Source: Bacteroidia bacterium
GTDB lineage: Bacteria; Bacteroidota; Bacteroidia; NS11-12g; UBA9320
Reading direction: 5' to 3'
NCBI GenBank assembly: GCA_965216465.1
Contig: CBDCFW010000003.1
Location: 128,001 to 192,000, forward strand
DNA: 64,000 bases
Made by a program: the position numbers and the translations under genes. Below, in pieces: positions 10,171 through 19,882 of this stretch. The notes under the pieces were generated by a model. That model ran no database searches, was not told the origin of the DNA, and saw only the letters and a list, made by a program, of their open reading frames with translations. Position 1 is the first letter of the stretch. Each line of letters begins with the position of its first letter.

Positions 10171-12063
10171 ATGGGAGATCAATCGGTTAATAAATTTTCT
10201 GATCCTGATGCAAAAAAGTTGTTTACACGTATGTTGTTGAACGACATTAATGCTCTAGATCGAATGATCAAAGAAGGTTTAATTGAATCTGGTATTACTC
10301 GAATTGGTGCTGAGCAGGAACTATGCTTGGTTGATGAAGAGTATTATCCGTCCATAAACAATATTGAAGTTTTAAAGGCTATAGACGACCCTCATTTTGT
10401 GCCTGAGATTGCTAAATTCAATATTGAAGCCAACTTAGATCCTCAGGAGTTTGATTCTGACTGTTTTATACGGATGGAAGATCAGCTCCGAACACTCATG
10501 GCGAAGGCTCATGAAGCTACGTTAAACAAGCGAACAAAAATTGTAATGACGGGCATATTGCCTACCTTAAGAAAGGAACATTTGCAATTTGACCATATGA
10601 CACCTAATCCAAGGTATCAGGCTTTAAACGATGCAATGTATGCCCAGCGTGGAAGTGATTTTGAGCTGAACATGATGGGGGTAGATGAGTTAATAACGAA
10701 TCACACCAACATCCTCTTTGAAGCGTGTAATACGAGCTTTCAGGTTCATATGCAAATAAGTCCTGAAGAGTTCACAGAGAAATATAACTGGGCTCAAATG
10801 ATATCGGGTCCAGTTTTAGCCGCTGCTGCTAATTCCCCTTTACTTCTGGGCAAACGTCTGTGGAAAGAAACGAGAATTGCGTTGTTTCAGCAGAGTGTTG
10901 ATATGCGGAGCTCGACCAATATAAAACGAGATCAAGAACCCCGTGTCACCTTTGGCAAACACTGGCTGCGAGGCAATATAGTAGACCACTATAAAGACAA
11001 CGTGAGTCGTTTTAACCTCTTGTTTGCTTCTGATAAAGAAGAAGATGCAATGAAAGTGCTCGACGAAGGGAAAATACCAGAACTTGAAGCATTGAAACTG
11101 CACAATGGTACCGTATATAAGTGGAACAGAGCGTGTTATGGCGTAGGAGGAGGTAAGCCTCACTTAAGAATTGAGAATCGTTATATTCCTGCAGGACCAA
11201 CCATTAAAGATGAAATGGCGAACACGGCATTTTGGCTTGGAGTGATGTATGGTATGCCTGAAGAATATCGAGAATTACCTGAACTGGTAAATTTTGAAGA
11301 CGTTCGATACAATTTTTACAATGCGTGCAGAAGCGGTTTAGATTCTCAATTCAAATGGTTTGGAGAAACTGTCAGTGCTGCTGATTTAATAACCAATACG
11401 CTGTTGCCTATTGCACATCAAGGATTGCAAAATGCAGGAATAGCAGAGCAGTCGCGTGTTGAGTTGCTTGGAGTTATTGAGCAAAGAATTAAATTGAATA
11501 GAAATGGCGCCAAATGGATACTCGAAAACTTTAGCACCATGCTTAAAGGCTCTACGGCAAACGAATCGAGTAGAAATATTACAGAAGCGATATATCAAAA
11601 TCAAATGACCTCAAGACCAGTACATGAGTGGGAAGACTTAGATCCTAATGGAGAGATTGTACCTCGACGGTTTAGCAAAGCTCGGGACATTATGGAAACA
11701 GAATTGTATATCGGAAAAGAGGATGACATCATTGAGCTTGCTATCAATATGATGGACTGGAAGAATATTCGCAGTATTCCGGTTGAAAATACAAAGAATG
11801 AATTGGTGGGGCTTATTACCCCACGTGAAATATTAAAATATCATACCTTAAGTCAAGACGAAAAGCCCGAAACGCTAAAAGAAATCATGACTACTGAATT
11901 TATCACAATTCCGCCCTACGCTTCAACGCAAGAAGTAGTAGATTTGCTCGGCGAAACCAGAGCATCTTGTGCCTTGGTTGTTGATGGTAAACATATTGCC
12001 GGTGTTGTGAGCGAAAGTGATGTAGTTCAGGTGGCAAGAATGACAAAAATTTTTAATAAGTAG
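10171..12063 (+). CDS. Glutamate--cysteine ligase family (GCS2-like) enzyme with C-terminal CBS pair
   Basis: IGAEQE, EIAKFNIEAN, CNTSFQVH, ANSPLL, WKETRI, NGTVYKWNR, HLRIENR; two CBS repeats in the last ~130 aa. Confidence 0.85.
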   Translation: MGDQSVNKFSDPDAKKLFTRMLLNDINALDRMIKEGLIESGITRIGAEQELCLVDEEYYPSINNIEVLKAIDDPHFVPEIAKFNIEANLDPQEFDSDCFIRMEDQLRTLMAKAHEATLNKRTKIVMTGILPTLRKEHLQFDHMTPNPRYQALNDAMYAQRGSDFELNMMGVDELITNHTNILFEACNTSFQVHMQISPEEFTEKYNWAQMISGPVLAAAANSPLLLGKRLWKETRIALFQQSVDMRSSTNIKRDQEPRVTFGKHWLRGNIVDHYKDNVSRFNLLFASDKEEDAMKVLDEGKIPELEALKLHNGTVYKWNRACYGVGGGKPHLRIENRYIPAGPTIKDEMANTAFWLGVMYGMPEEYRELPELVNFEDVRYNFYNACRSGLDSQFKWFGETVSAADLITNTLLPIAHQGLQNAGIAEQSRVELLGVIEQRIKLNRNGAKWILENFSTMLKGSTANESSRNITEAIYQNQMTSRPVHEWEDLDPNGEIVPRRFSKARDIMETELYIGKEDDIIELAINMMDWKNIRSIPVENTKNELVGLITPREILKYHTLSQDEKPETLKEIMTTEFITIPPYASTQEVVDLLGETRASCALVVDGKHIAGVVSESDVVQVARMTKIFNK

Positions 12064-12965
12064 TGGAGCGAATAATAGGAGAGATTAACGGCGAAGAAAA
12101 AGGGCCGTTGTTAATATTTATTGGAGGAGTACATGGGAATGAGGCTCAAGGACTAATAGCACTTGAAAACATCTTTAGTCAATTTAAGGGTTCAACTGCA
12201 GGCTTAAAAGGGAGAGCCATTGCTTTAAGAGGAAATTTAGAAGCTATTCGTCAAAATATTCGCTTTGTTACCTTTGATTTAAACCGAATATGGGATGTTA
12301 AGCATTTTAAGCGAGCAATAGATGTGCAAGCTGCCGAAGTGTTTGAATTGCAAGCCATACGAAAAATTGTTGAAGAAGAGCTGAAAGGAGATTTTACTCA
12401 AGCCTACCTCATAGATCTGCATACCACATCAGCCCCTACAATACCATTTATTGTAACGACGAAGAAACCAGGTAACCAAGACTTTGTACAAAAAATGAAT
12501 GTGCCTTATGTGACCGGACTTGTTGGACATTTAGATGGTACCATGTTAGCTTGGATGTGCGAGAAAGGACACTGTGGCATGGCCTTCGAAGCAGGCCAAC
12601 ACCACAGCAAAACGAGCATGATTAAGCATGAGGCGTTTGTACGCTTAAGCATGTATTACTCTGGTTTTACACCAAACTTGTCTGACGAAGAAGTCAGTAA
12701 ACTTCATAATTTACTTGAGGATGAATTGATGCCAAAGCAAAATCACTTTGAACTCAAGGAGAGGTATCGCATTGACGAGGAGGAAGAGTTTAAGATGGGA
12801 GAAGGATTTTCAAATTTCCAAAGGATTTATCAGGGAGAAGTGTTGGCTACCAATAAGTATGGAGACATACTTTCACAAGTAAATGCCAATATCTTCATGC
12901 CTTTGTATCAAGAGCAAGGGAATGATGGATTCTTTATTATTGAGCCGTTTACAGAATCGGTCTAA
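12063..12965 (+). CDS. M14-type succinylglutamate desuccinylase/aspartoacylase family hydrolase
   Basis: GGVHGNE, DLNRIW, DLHTTS, FEAGQH; start overlaps the upstream stop. Confidence 0.88.
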   Translation: MERIIGEINGEEKGPLLIFIGGVHGNEAQGLIALENIFSQFKGSTAGLKGRAIALRGNLEAIRQNIRFVTFDLNRIWDVKHFKRAIDVQAAEVFELQAIRKIVEEELKGDFTQAYLIDLHTTSAPTIPFIVTTKKPGNQDFVQKMNVPYVTGLVGHLDGTMLAWMCEKGHCGMAFEAGQHHSKTSMIKHEAFVRLSMYYSGFTPNLSDEEVSKLHNLLEDELMPKQNHFELKERYRIDEEEEFKMGEGFSNFQRIYQGEVLATNKYGDILSQVNANIFMPLYQEQGNDGFFIIEPFTESV

Positions 12966-14065
12966 GCAATTTGCTGCCTTCGAATAGCTTCCTTTTCAAG
13001 AATATTGGCAACTGACCTGAAATCAGTTCTAATTATTGGCCAACGGTCTGGATACCGCTTGAACAGCTCAAAAATCTTTTTAGCATGCTTGTTTAGTGCA
13101 TCGGTTATGGATGCATTTGAAACAGATGGGGAACAGTGGCTTCCAATGTGCTTTCCAATGATCTTAAGACCCTTTTGTTGAACCAACTCTGCAGATCGTT
13201 CGTAGCGGTCAAGCAGCTTATAGGTTTTTGCATATCGGCCAAGGTTAAGGTCTGTTTCAGACGTAGAGGCTTTGTTTCGCTGAACGCTTTTACCAAGAGC
13301 TTGCAAATGAGCAGGAGTGAGGGTTATTTCTGATTCACCTTGCACCATAGCTAGGTTTAGTTCTATTTGTATATGTTGTTTGAGGTTGTCTTCAAGCGAT
13401 TCAAAAGGCTGGTTGTAAGTCTTTAAAGCTTGAATGAATGCTTTAGATAAACGAATGGGCACACCAAATTGATCTTGAAGTCGATCGATTATGAGTTGAA
13501 TAAACTGCGTTATAGCTACCTCAAAATTTTTGCTTTGGTAGTCGAGCTGTTGCTTAATGGTTCCAATCTCCTGTTTTGTTTGCTGATTCGATTGGGCAAT
13601 GTGTTTTAAGATTGTGTGGTCTCGTTGGGCCTGAGCAATTAAGGATGAGGCAATTCCTCGAACACTGTTTTCCATCATTTTCTTTTCTCCAGCAAGCAAG
13701 TATTTAGTCTTAGAAATACCATAAGGTTTAAAGCTGGCCAGAATAAATAATGTACCACTACCGCATTCAATTCCCTTCAAGAATAAGTAATCTCGATTCA
13801 ACTCCATTTCAAGAGATGTTTGCCCAATTTGGGTCGATTGACTAAATGGAGTTTCTGTGAATGTATACCATCCTGTGTTAGCTTTATTTAAAAATTGTTC
13901 TAAACCTTTTGGTAGCTCTTCTTCATATTCACCGTGCTCGGTATAAATATGAACCGCCTTATTCTCTTGTCTCATTATGCCATACAAATGCTTTGCTTCA
14001 GGTATGGCCTGATTAATGAAATCCACCACCAGGTGGGAGATAGGTATGTTGCTACTTAATAACAC
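12962..14065 (-). CDS. Hypothetical protein, possible DNA-binding regulator
   Basis: 367-aa ORF; central coiled coil, AAA+ lid-like segment, basic helical C-terminus. Confidence 0.7.
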   Translation of the reverse strand: MLLSSNIPISHLVVDFINQAIPEAKHLYGIMRQENKAVHIYTEHGEYEEELPKGLEQFLNKANTGWYTFTETPFSQSTQIGQTSLEMELNRDYLFLKGIECGSGTLFILASFKPYGISKTKYLLAGEKKMMENSVRGIASSLIAQAQRDHTILKHIAQSNQQTKQEIGTIKQQLDYQSKNFEVAITQFIQLIIDRLQDQFGVPIRLSKAFIQALKTYNQPFESLEDNLKQHIQIELNLAMVQGESEITLTPAHLQALGKSVQRNKASTSETDLNLGRYAKTYKLLDRYERSAELVQQKGLKIIGKHIGSHCSPSVSNASITDALNKHAKKIFELFKRYPDRWPIIRTDFRSVANILEKEAIRRQQIA

Positions 14066-14260
14066 AGTTAAGTACGAAGATAAGATAATTAAGTAAAATA
14101 TTAAGTGTAATTAAGATTAATTAAACACTTAATTTAAGCTTGATTAAGCTTTGTTAAGTGTTGATATTTTTACTTAATAAGCTGATAAATAGCGGTGTAT
14201 GTTAATACTTTTGATGCAGTTTAGTCGTTTTTAAGTAATCAAAATTGTTAAATAATTAAG
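14055..14260. repeat. Phased TTAAG/CTTAA motif array in a divergent intergenic region
   Basis: TTAAG at 14068, 14089, 14101, 14111, 14134, 14144, 14154, 14231, 14256; CTTAA at 14055, 14128, 14173. Confidence 0.75.
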
Positions 14261-14264
14261 TAGT

Positions 14265-14633
14265 ATGAACACCGTAAAAAGTATCGAACAGCATCTTATA
14301 TTTGAGATTGCATCACGTTTTAATTCATTTTCTTCTAGGTCTTGGGCCCAAAGAAAACAGAACTTTCTAAAGTCTCTTGACCGTTTTATGTTAGACTTGG
14401 ATGTAAAAGAATTTAAAGAATTAGAGCTTCCCAGCGAAGCAAAACCAAAGTCAAAAACCGAAGAGAAACTCAAACCAAAATCTCGAAGAAAGCGTCGCCA
14501 TGTTGGCAAGCAATTGCAATTATTCTTTTTGAGACCAACAAAGAAAATTCTGTTATCTGCTGTCGAAACAATTGAAAATATGCTCGAGGGTCTGCACCGA
14601 AATCAAGAACAAGAAAATACTCTTAGAAACTAA
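14265..14633 (+). CDS. Hypothetical small basic protein
   Basis: 122-aa ORF with a Lys/Arg-rich linker followed by KQLQLFF. Confidence 0.55.
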   Translation: MNTVKSIEQHLIFEIASRFNSFSSRSWAQRKQNFLKSLDRFMLDLDVKEFKELELPSEAKPKSKTEEKLKPKSRRKRRHVGKQLQLFFLRPTKKILLSAVETIENMLEGLHRNQEQENTLRN

Positions 14634-14634
14634 G

Positions 14635-15315
14635 CTATGTTTTTTCTTGGGTATGGAGGGTTTTACCGTCAAACGACACATTGTAGCTTACGCCATTTTG
14701 TACGATTTGTGCTTCGAAAGCTTCAGGACGTAGTTCGACCATGGTAGGGTACCAATTAGGCTTTAGCTCAGGGTTGGGTAGAAGAAAAATTCCTTCTTGG
14801 TCACCGTTAGTTCCGAATCGATATTTATTCCCTTTCCAAAATGGTGTGTTCAATTCGTTTTCGAGTTGAGTGTTGGTTGCTTCAACATCTGTTGTTGGAA
14901 GTCCAATCTCATTAACGCACAATAGGTTCTTTGGAGAGAAGGGTAGTGCTGATTCATTATTGAGATCATATCGAACAATGCATTCAGCTATATTGTTGTC
15001 GCCATCAACAAAATAAAAAGCTCGAGCATTCCAACTCTCAAAATGATGAAGGTCTTCAAAGTCATCAACTCGAACAACATTTGCATTTTGGTCAAACCAT
15101 GCAAATGCCTCATGCAATTGGTTTGAAGGAATAAGGAAACAATAATGGTATATGTGCTCAGATTCTGATGCTGTAAACCTTAATCGTGTCCAACCCGTTT
15201 GTACCTCAAAATAGTCAGGTCCATCGTTGACCTGGTTTAACCCCAAAACTTCAGTATAGAAGTTTCTTTGTGCCTGAAGCTTGTTGGTGTATAGGTTGAG
15301 GTAGGTTACTTTCAT
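14635..15315 (-). CDS. VOC/glyoxalase family protein
   Basis: FYTEVLGL, YHYCFLIP, YFVDGDNNIAECI, VNEIGL; likely start MKVTYL. Confidence 0.85.
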   Translation of the reverse strand: MKVTYLNLYTNKLQAQRNFYTEVLGLNQVNDGPDYFEVQTGWTRLRFTASESEHIYHYCFLIPSNQLHEAFAWFDQNANVVRVDDFEDLHHFESWNARAFYFVDGDNNIAECIVRYDLNNESALPFSPKNLLCVNEIGLPTTDVEATNTQLENELNTPFWKGNKYRFGTNGDQEGIFLLPNPELKPNWYPTMVELRPEAFEAQIVQNGVSYNVSFDGKTLHTQEKT

Positions 15316-15459
15316 TCTTGGCCTGTGCATACAAAGGTAGCAAGCTCAATGCTTGCCACTTATCATATTCTGTGATAGTGGGGTAGATAAAAAAGATAAA
15401 GACACAAACATTGTCGGTATTTCTGTGTTTTTTCGTACGAGGTGAAGCATCTGCTTAAT

Positions 15460-16449
15460 ATGAAATCTAAGAAAGCGATAATTGCAACTATTGCTATGGT
15501 TGCAGTTGTGCAGCTTGGATGCAATAGAACCGTAAAAATGAAAGAAAAAACTACTATGATTTGCGATCCAGATACTGGAATCTGTGAAACACCAGAATCT
15601 GATTCTTTATCCCAAAAAGCAATACATCCCATGAATCAAAAAACAAAGCTCGTATACTTTACAGACCCTATTTGCTCAGCTTGTTGGGCTATTGAACCTC
15701 AATTGAAAAAGCTTAAGCTTCAATATGCGCAGTCAATTGATATTGAGTACCATATGGGTGGACTGCTGCCGAATTGGGAGAGTATGCGTGGTGCTGCAAT
15801 TGCATCTCCTTCAGATGTGGCTCATCATTGGGATGAGATGAGCGAACATTACAAAATGCCCATCGATGGAGATGTTTGGCTAGAAGATCCGCTATCGTCT
15901 TCTTACCCTCCCTCCATTGCTTTTAAAGCGTCTGAAATTCAAGGCGAAGAAAAAGCACTCCTTTTCTTACGTCGTTTGCGTGAAATGGTCTTTGTTGAAA
16001 AAAAGAATATTACAAAATGGGATCACATTTCAACGGCGGCTGAAGAGGTTGGGCTGGATACTCAAAGATTGAAAGAAGATATTGAAAACATTGGTCCAAA
16101 ACTGTTCTACCAAGATCTTATGCTTGCCAAACAAATGGGTGTTCGTGGATTTCCAACCGTTTATGTGATAAAGCAAGGACAAGATCCTGTTCTAATTTAT
16201 GGTGCAAGACCTTACCAAAACTATGCTCAGGCTATTCATTCTGTTGATCCATCTATTAAACCATCAAGCAATGAATGGACACCATCCAACCTGATAAAGG
16301 AATATCCAAGTTTAACGGTGCGAGAGCTTGCTGAACTTGCCGAAATTGACTTTGAAGAAGCTAAGAACTTTCTTGACGAGCACGTAAGTGCTAATGAACT
16401 CCTCGAAGTTCAAACAAAAAACGGAAGCCTGTATACCAAGCTTCCGTGA
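15460..16449 (+). CDS. DsbA-fold thioredoxin-like protein (YjbH/SpxH-like)
   Basis: YFTDPICSACW, MGGLLP, SSYPPSIA, GVRGFPT; start uncertain (15460 or 15538). Confidence 0.85.
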   Translation: MKSKKAIIATIAMVAVVQLGCNRTVKMKEKTTMICDPDTGICETPESDSLSQKAIHPMNQKTKLVYFTDPICSACWAIEPQLKKLKLQYAQSIDIEYHMGGLLPNWESMRGAAIASPSDVAHHWDEMSEHYKMPIDGDVWLEDPLSSSYPPSIAFKASEIQGEEKALLFLRRLREMVFVEKKNITKWDHISTAAEEVGLDTQRLKEDIENIGPKLFYQDLMLAKQMGVRGFPTVYVIKQGQDPVLIYGARPYQNYAQAIHSVDPSIKPSSNEWTPSNLIKEYPSLTVRELAELAEIDFEEAKNFLDEHVSANELLEVQTKNGSLYTKLP

Positions 16450-16471
16450 ACCATTGAATAAGTAATTGTGC

Positions 16472-17539
16472 TTATTTAGCCACCAATATTTTCTCATCAA
16501 TTAGCGCTTGAAAAGAATCTTCCATTGTTTGTTTCAATGGACGAAAACTCATGTTCAACTCATTTATTATTTTCGAGTTGTCTGCTCTCCAAGGCACATT
16601 GATGTTTTTACGAATGAAATCTCTCGTAAAGAGTTTGTTTGTCATAGGACCTACAAGCATCATTAACCATTTTGGCAAAGCACGCTTTGGTAGAGGGAAC
16701 TGTTTACCGTATTTAGGTAGCAGTGTGGTTCCCATTTCCAAGAAGTCGCTGTTGTGTGCTGATGTGATGTATCTACCTTGTGCACTTGGGGTGTAACCCG
16801 CCTTAAAATGAGCTTCTGCAACGTCGCGAACATCCACGATACCAACACCCATTTTTGGTGCACCCATTTTCATTTCACCTCCTCCGAGCATTTTCAGCAC
16901 ATTGATGCTTTCAGATGTTGCATTCTTGGCATTAAGAGCAGGACCTAGCACAAAGCTCGGGTTTATGGTTACCAAATCCCAACGCTCTTGATTTTGCTGC
17001 ATTTCCCAAGCCTTCTTTTCAGCCATTGTTTTAGAATAGGAGTAAGGCTGGTAATCCAGAGAAGCAGTTGAATTCCATACGTCTTCTGTTATTTTTCCTG
17101 TAGGTGCATTTATAGTGTCTATAGCATCGGTATAGATCGCCGCACAGCTGCTAGTAAGTACCACACGCTTAACGCTTGGTGTTTGATTTGCTGAGTTAAG
17201 CACATTCTCAGTTCCCATTACAGCAGGCTCAATCAATTCCTTTTGTGGATCTTTTACATCTGTTGTGAAAGGAGAAGCGGTATGATAAACCAATTCGCAG
17301 CCTTCCATAGCTTCGTTATAAGAATTAGGTTTCAATAAGTCTCCTGAATAGAACTTTAATGTGCCTGGTGTACCCTTAGCGGCATCTAGCAAATGTTGCG
17401 TTTTAGCTGTGTTGCTTGGGTCGCGAACAACAGCGTGAACAGTTCTTCCTTCTTTAAGGAGTTTTTTAACTAACCAGCTTGCTACAAATCCGTTAGCTCC
17501 GGTTACCATTACAGGTTTTGTGGTGTTTATCTCTTTCAT
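16472..17539 (-). CDS. NAD(P)-dependent epimerase/dehydratase (aldehyde reductase / DFR-like extended SDR)
   Basis: VTGANGFVAS, HTASP, TSSCAA, YSYSKT.AE. Confidence 0.9.
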   Translation of the reverse strand: MKEINTTKPVMVTGANGFVASWLVKKLLKEGRTVHAVVRDPSNTAKTQHLLDAAKGTPGTLKFYSGDLLKPNSYNEAMEGCELVYHTASPFTTDVKDPQKELIEPAVMGTENVLNSANQTPSVKRVVLTSSCAAIYTDAIDTINAPTGKITEDVWNSTASLDYQPYSYSKTMAEKKAWEMQQNQERWDLVTINPSFVLGPALNAKNATSESINVLKMLGGGEMKMGAPKMGVGIVDVRDVAEAHFKAGYTPSAQGRYITSAHNSDFLEMGTTLLPKYGKQFPLPKRALPKWLMMLVGPMTNKLFTRDFIRKNINVPWRADNSKIINELNMSFRPLKQTMEDSFQALIDEKILVAK

Positions 17540-17633
17540 TTTATCAACCTTTTGAATTATACTTCAAAGGTCGAGTGCACTGAGATGTCAATTAAACACG
17601 ATATCCTGAACTTAAAACACTATTTACATATGG

Positions 17634-18689
17634 CTAGAATTGCGTGCTGTATTTCACAGGGAATTGACCAGGAATGTCATCTTTTGACTCACTCAAGTTT
17701 TGTCTTAAATCAATTTCAATTCCTCTAGAGATAGTAGAGATTGGTACGTCATTGGCTGTACCTTCAAATGGATTTTCACCAGTTCTTCCAATTCGCTCCA
17801 TGGTGTGAAATATCCAAGAAACAATAACATAGAATGGTATCGACAACCAAACAAACAGGTTGCCCATCATCGGGTAGCTTTCAGCCATCTTACTTCCTAG
17901 GTCTTGAAACTGAGGAACAAGAGCAACAGGAAGTAACAACACAAAAATCCACATAAAGAAGTGGTTTAGTGTAGCAAAATGTCTTGGATATGGGAAATTC
18001 TTAATTCTTTCACTTTTACCCTGCAGTGTAAACAACTCTTGAAGTACCGCTTCAAGCTCAAGAAATGAGAATTCCCAAATGTTACCTTTTGATTTAAGTC
18101 GTTTCAAGTGCTCAGACTGTATATACAACAATGCGGTTTGCTTGTTGTCTTTGGCCATGATCTCCTTTATCTCATCATCTGAGATATAGCCCTTTAAGTC
18201 AGCTTCCAGGGTTGATTCCATTTCAGGTGGACGAGTATCCCATTCACGGTTGGTCTTGTGGTTCATGATGGTTTCCCAAGGCTTGTTTTGACGCATTGCG
18301 TGTCGAAGAGCCGTCATCCACGCAATGTGGCGATAGGTTAAGACTTTTATTTCCTTGTTTAACTCTTCTTGAGAAAGGACATCTTTTGCATGTTCGTTAT
18401 CGACCATGCTTTGTACGTACATCCCAAAGGTTCTGGAGGTGTTTACAATTCCTCCCCAAATCTTTCGTGCTTCCCAAATTCGTCCGTATGCAGCATTGTT
18501 TTGAAATCCTATAACAAAGGCAACGGCTGTACCAATAAGAGCTAGGGGAGTCCAAGGGATGCTTAGCCAAGCAAGGTCAAAGAAGTAATAGAGGCAAACC
18601 CATAACAGACCGATACCAATAAACTGTAGGGTTTCGTAACGGGTCCACATGGTCATTTCAAATGCAGAGAAGTTTTTCTTAGTATACAT
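17634..18689 (-). CDS. Bestrophin family ion channel (YneE-like)
   Basis: FQNNAAYGRIWEARKIWGGIVN, ERIKNFPYP, ENPFEG..NDVP; likely start MYTKK. Confidence 0.9.
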   Translation of the reverse strand: MYTKKNFSAFEMTMWTRYETLQFIGIGLLWVCLYYFFDLAWLSIPWTPLALIGTAVAFVIGFQNNAAYGRIWEARKIWGGIVNTSRTFGMYVQSMVDNEHAKDVLSQEELNKEIKVLTYRHIAWMTALRHAMRQNKPWETIMNHKTNREWDTRPPEMESTLEADLKGYISDDEIKEIMAKDNKQTALLYIQSEHLKRLKSKGNIWEFSFLELEAVLQELFTLQGKSERIKNFPYPRHFATLNHFFMWIFVLLLPVALVPQFQDLGSKMAESYPMMGNLFVWLSIPFYVIVSWIFHTMERIGRTGENPFEGTANDVPISTISRGIEIDLRQNLSESKDDIPGQFPVKYSTQF

Positions 18690-19077
18690 GAAGCAAAGTG
18701 TTTTAGTTTTAAGTAAATATAACAAACCTATTTCGAAATGGATTGATTGTCAATTTTTAGGCCTAGAAATATTACTACAAGATGAGCCAAAAATGCAAAG
18801 AATCTTTGTGGCATTCAATGCGATAGACCGACCTTGATGAATATAAACTTTAGAAACTTCACAACACCTTTGGTGCTTCATAAAGTGTTTCTACTTAACA
18901 GAACGCTGATGGAGGAGAATGAAAATCAAATTGAAAAGAATAATAAAGAAATTGCCACGTGTAGAAGGGCTATACGGTGCCTTTTAGCATTGTTTGCAAT
19001 CTTGTTAGCGTCAGCGTTCTTGTTATAGGTTATAAGGTGTCTAGGGAAGTTGGTTAGGATATCTTTATTCCCTTTTT

Positions 19078-19401
19078 TTATTTGGGTTCAAGTGTCATTA
19101 CATAGTCGTAGCTTTCATCTAACAGCTTAACTACGTTGTCTGAATCTTTTAACATCGTATCTGTGATAAGAATATAGCCACGCATAACGGCATTGTATGA
19201 CTTGAATAGGCTGGTGTTGTATTGATCGATATACTTTTCTTGAACCTCTTTCGAGAATCGAATACCCAATTCACCACTCTTGTTGAGCAATGAAAACATG
19301 TATCCGTTGGCCGAGGTATATGGCATGGTTTTTCCTTTACGCTCAAATCGTGAACATTGGGCTACAAGTGCGTCATATTTTTTTAGCTGCTCTTCGTACA
19401 T
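19078..19401 (-). CDS. Hypothetical protein (TfoX-N/YjbR-like fold possible)
   Basis: GKTMPYTSANGYMF, YNAVMRGY pattern. Confidence 0.65.
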   Translation of the reverse strand: MYEEQLKKYDALVAQCSRFERKGKTMPYTSANGYMFSLLNKSGELGIRFSKEVQEKYIDQYNTSLFKSYNAVMRGYILITDTMLKDSDNVVKLLDESYDYVMTLEPK

Positions 19402-19402
19402 T

Positions 19403-19849
19403 TTATTGCTTCTCTACAAATTCTTTAAACTGTTTCATCCATTTCTCGCCTTGTTTGCGGTACATGCTTGGAAACAAAATTGCCATTAACCTTGGCATAA
19501 ACCAATTGATGCGCGTGTATTCAAACTCGTACTCGTAACGCGTATTGTTTTCATCGATTGGCACAAACTTGCAACGCATGAAATTATCCATGTGAATATG
19601 GTGGTATTCAGCATCGAATGATTCGGGTAGATTGTTGTTCAATATGGTTTCGGTGAGTTCTAGTTTACGCTTTCCATATTCGTAGTACATTTTTGCAACT
19701 GCTCCGGTTTGTGACACCTCACCACTCACATGGTCTTTACGAACAAAGCCATCTTGGTAGTTTCCTAAATATTGAGGATCGATAAAATACTTGACCACCT
19801 CTTCGCGGGGTTTAGCAATATCAACTGATCCGTTAAACTTCATATTCAT
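19403..19849 (-). CDS. SRPBCC family protein
   Basis: SVDIAKPREEVVKYF.DP N-terminus and C-terminal helix ending FKEFVE. Confidence 0.85.
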   Translation of the reverse strand: MNMKFNGSVDIAKPREEVVKYFIDPQYLGNYQDGFVRKDHVSGEVSQTGAVAKMYYEYGKRKLELTETILNNNLPESFDAEYHHIHMDNFMRCKFVPIDENNTRYEYEFEYTRINWFMPRLMAILFPSMYRKQGEKWMKQFKEFVEKQ

Positions 19850-19882
19850 GGGTTAACAAATATAGGGAAGAGATTAATAAAG

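Noticed and set aside
18834-19028. 64-aa plus-strand ORF
   Set aside because: Weak TTG start and no motif; a shorter membrane peptide from the internal ATG cannot be excluded but is unsupported.
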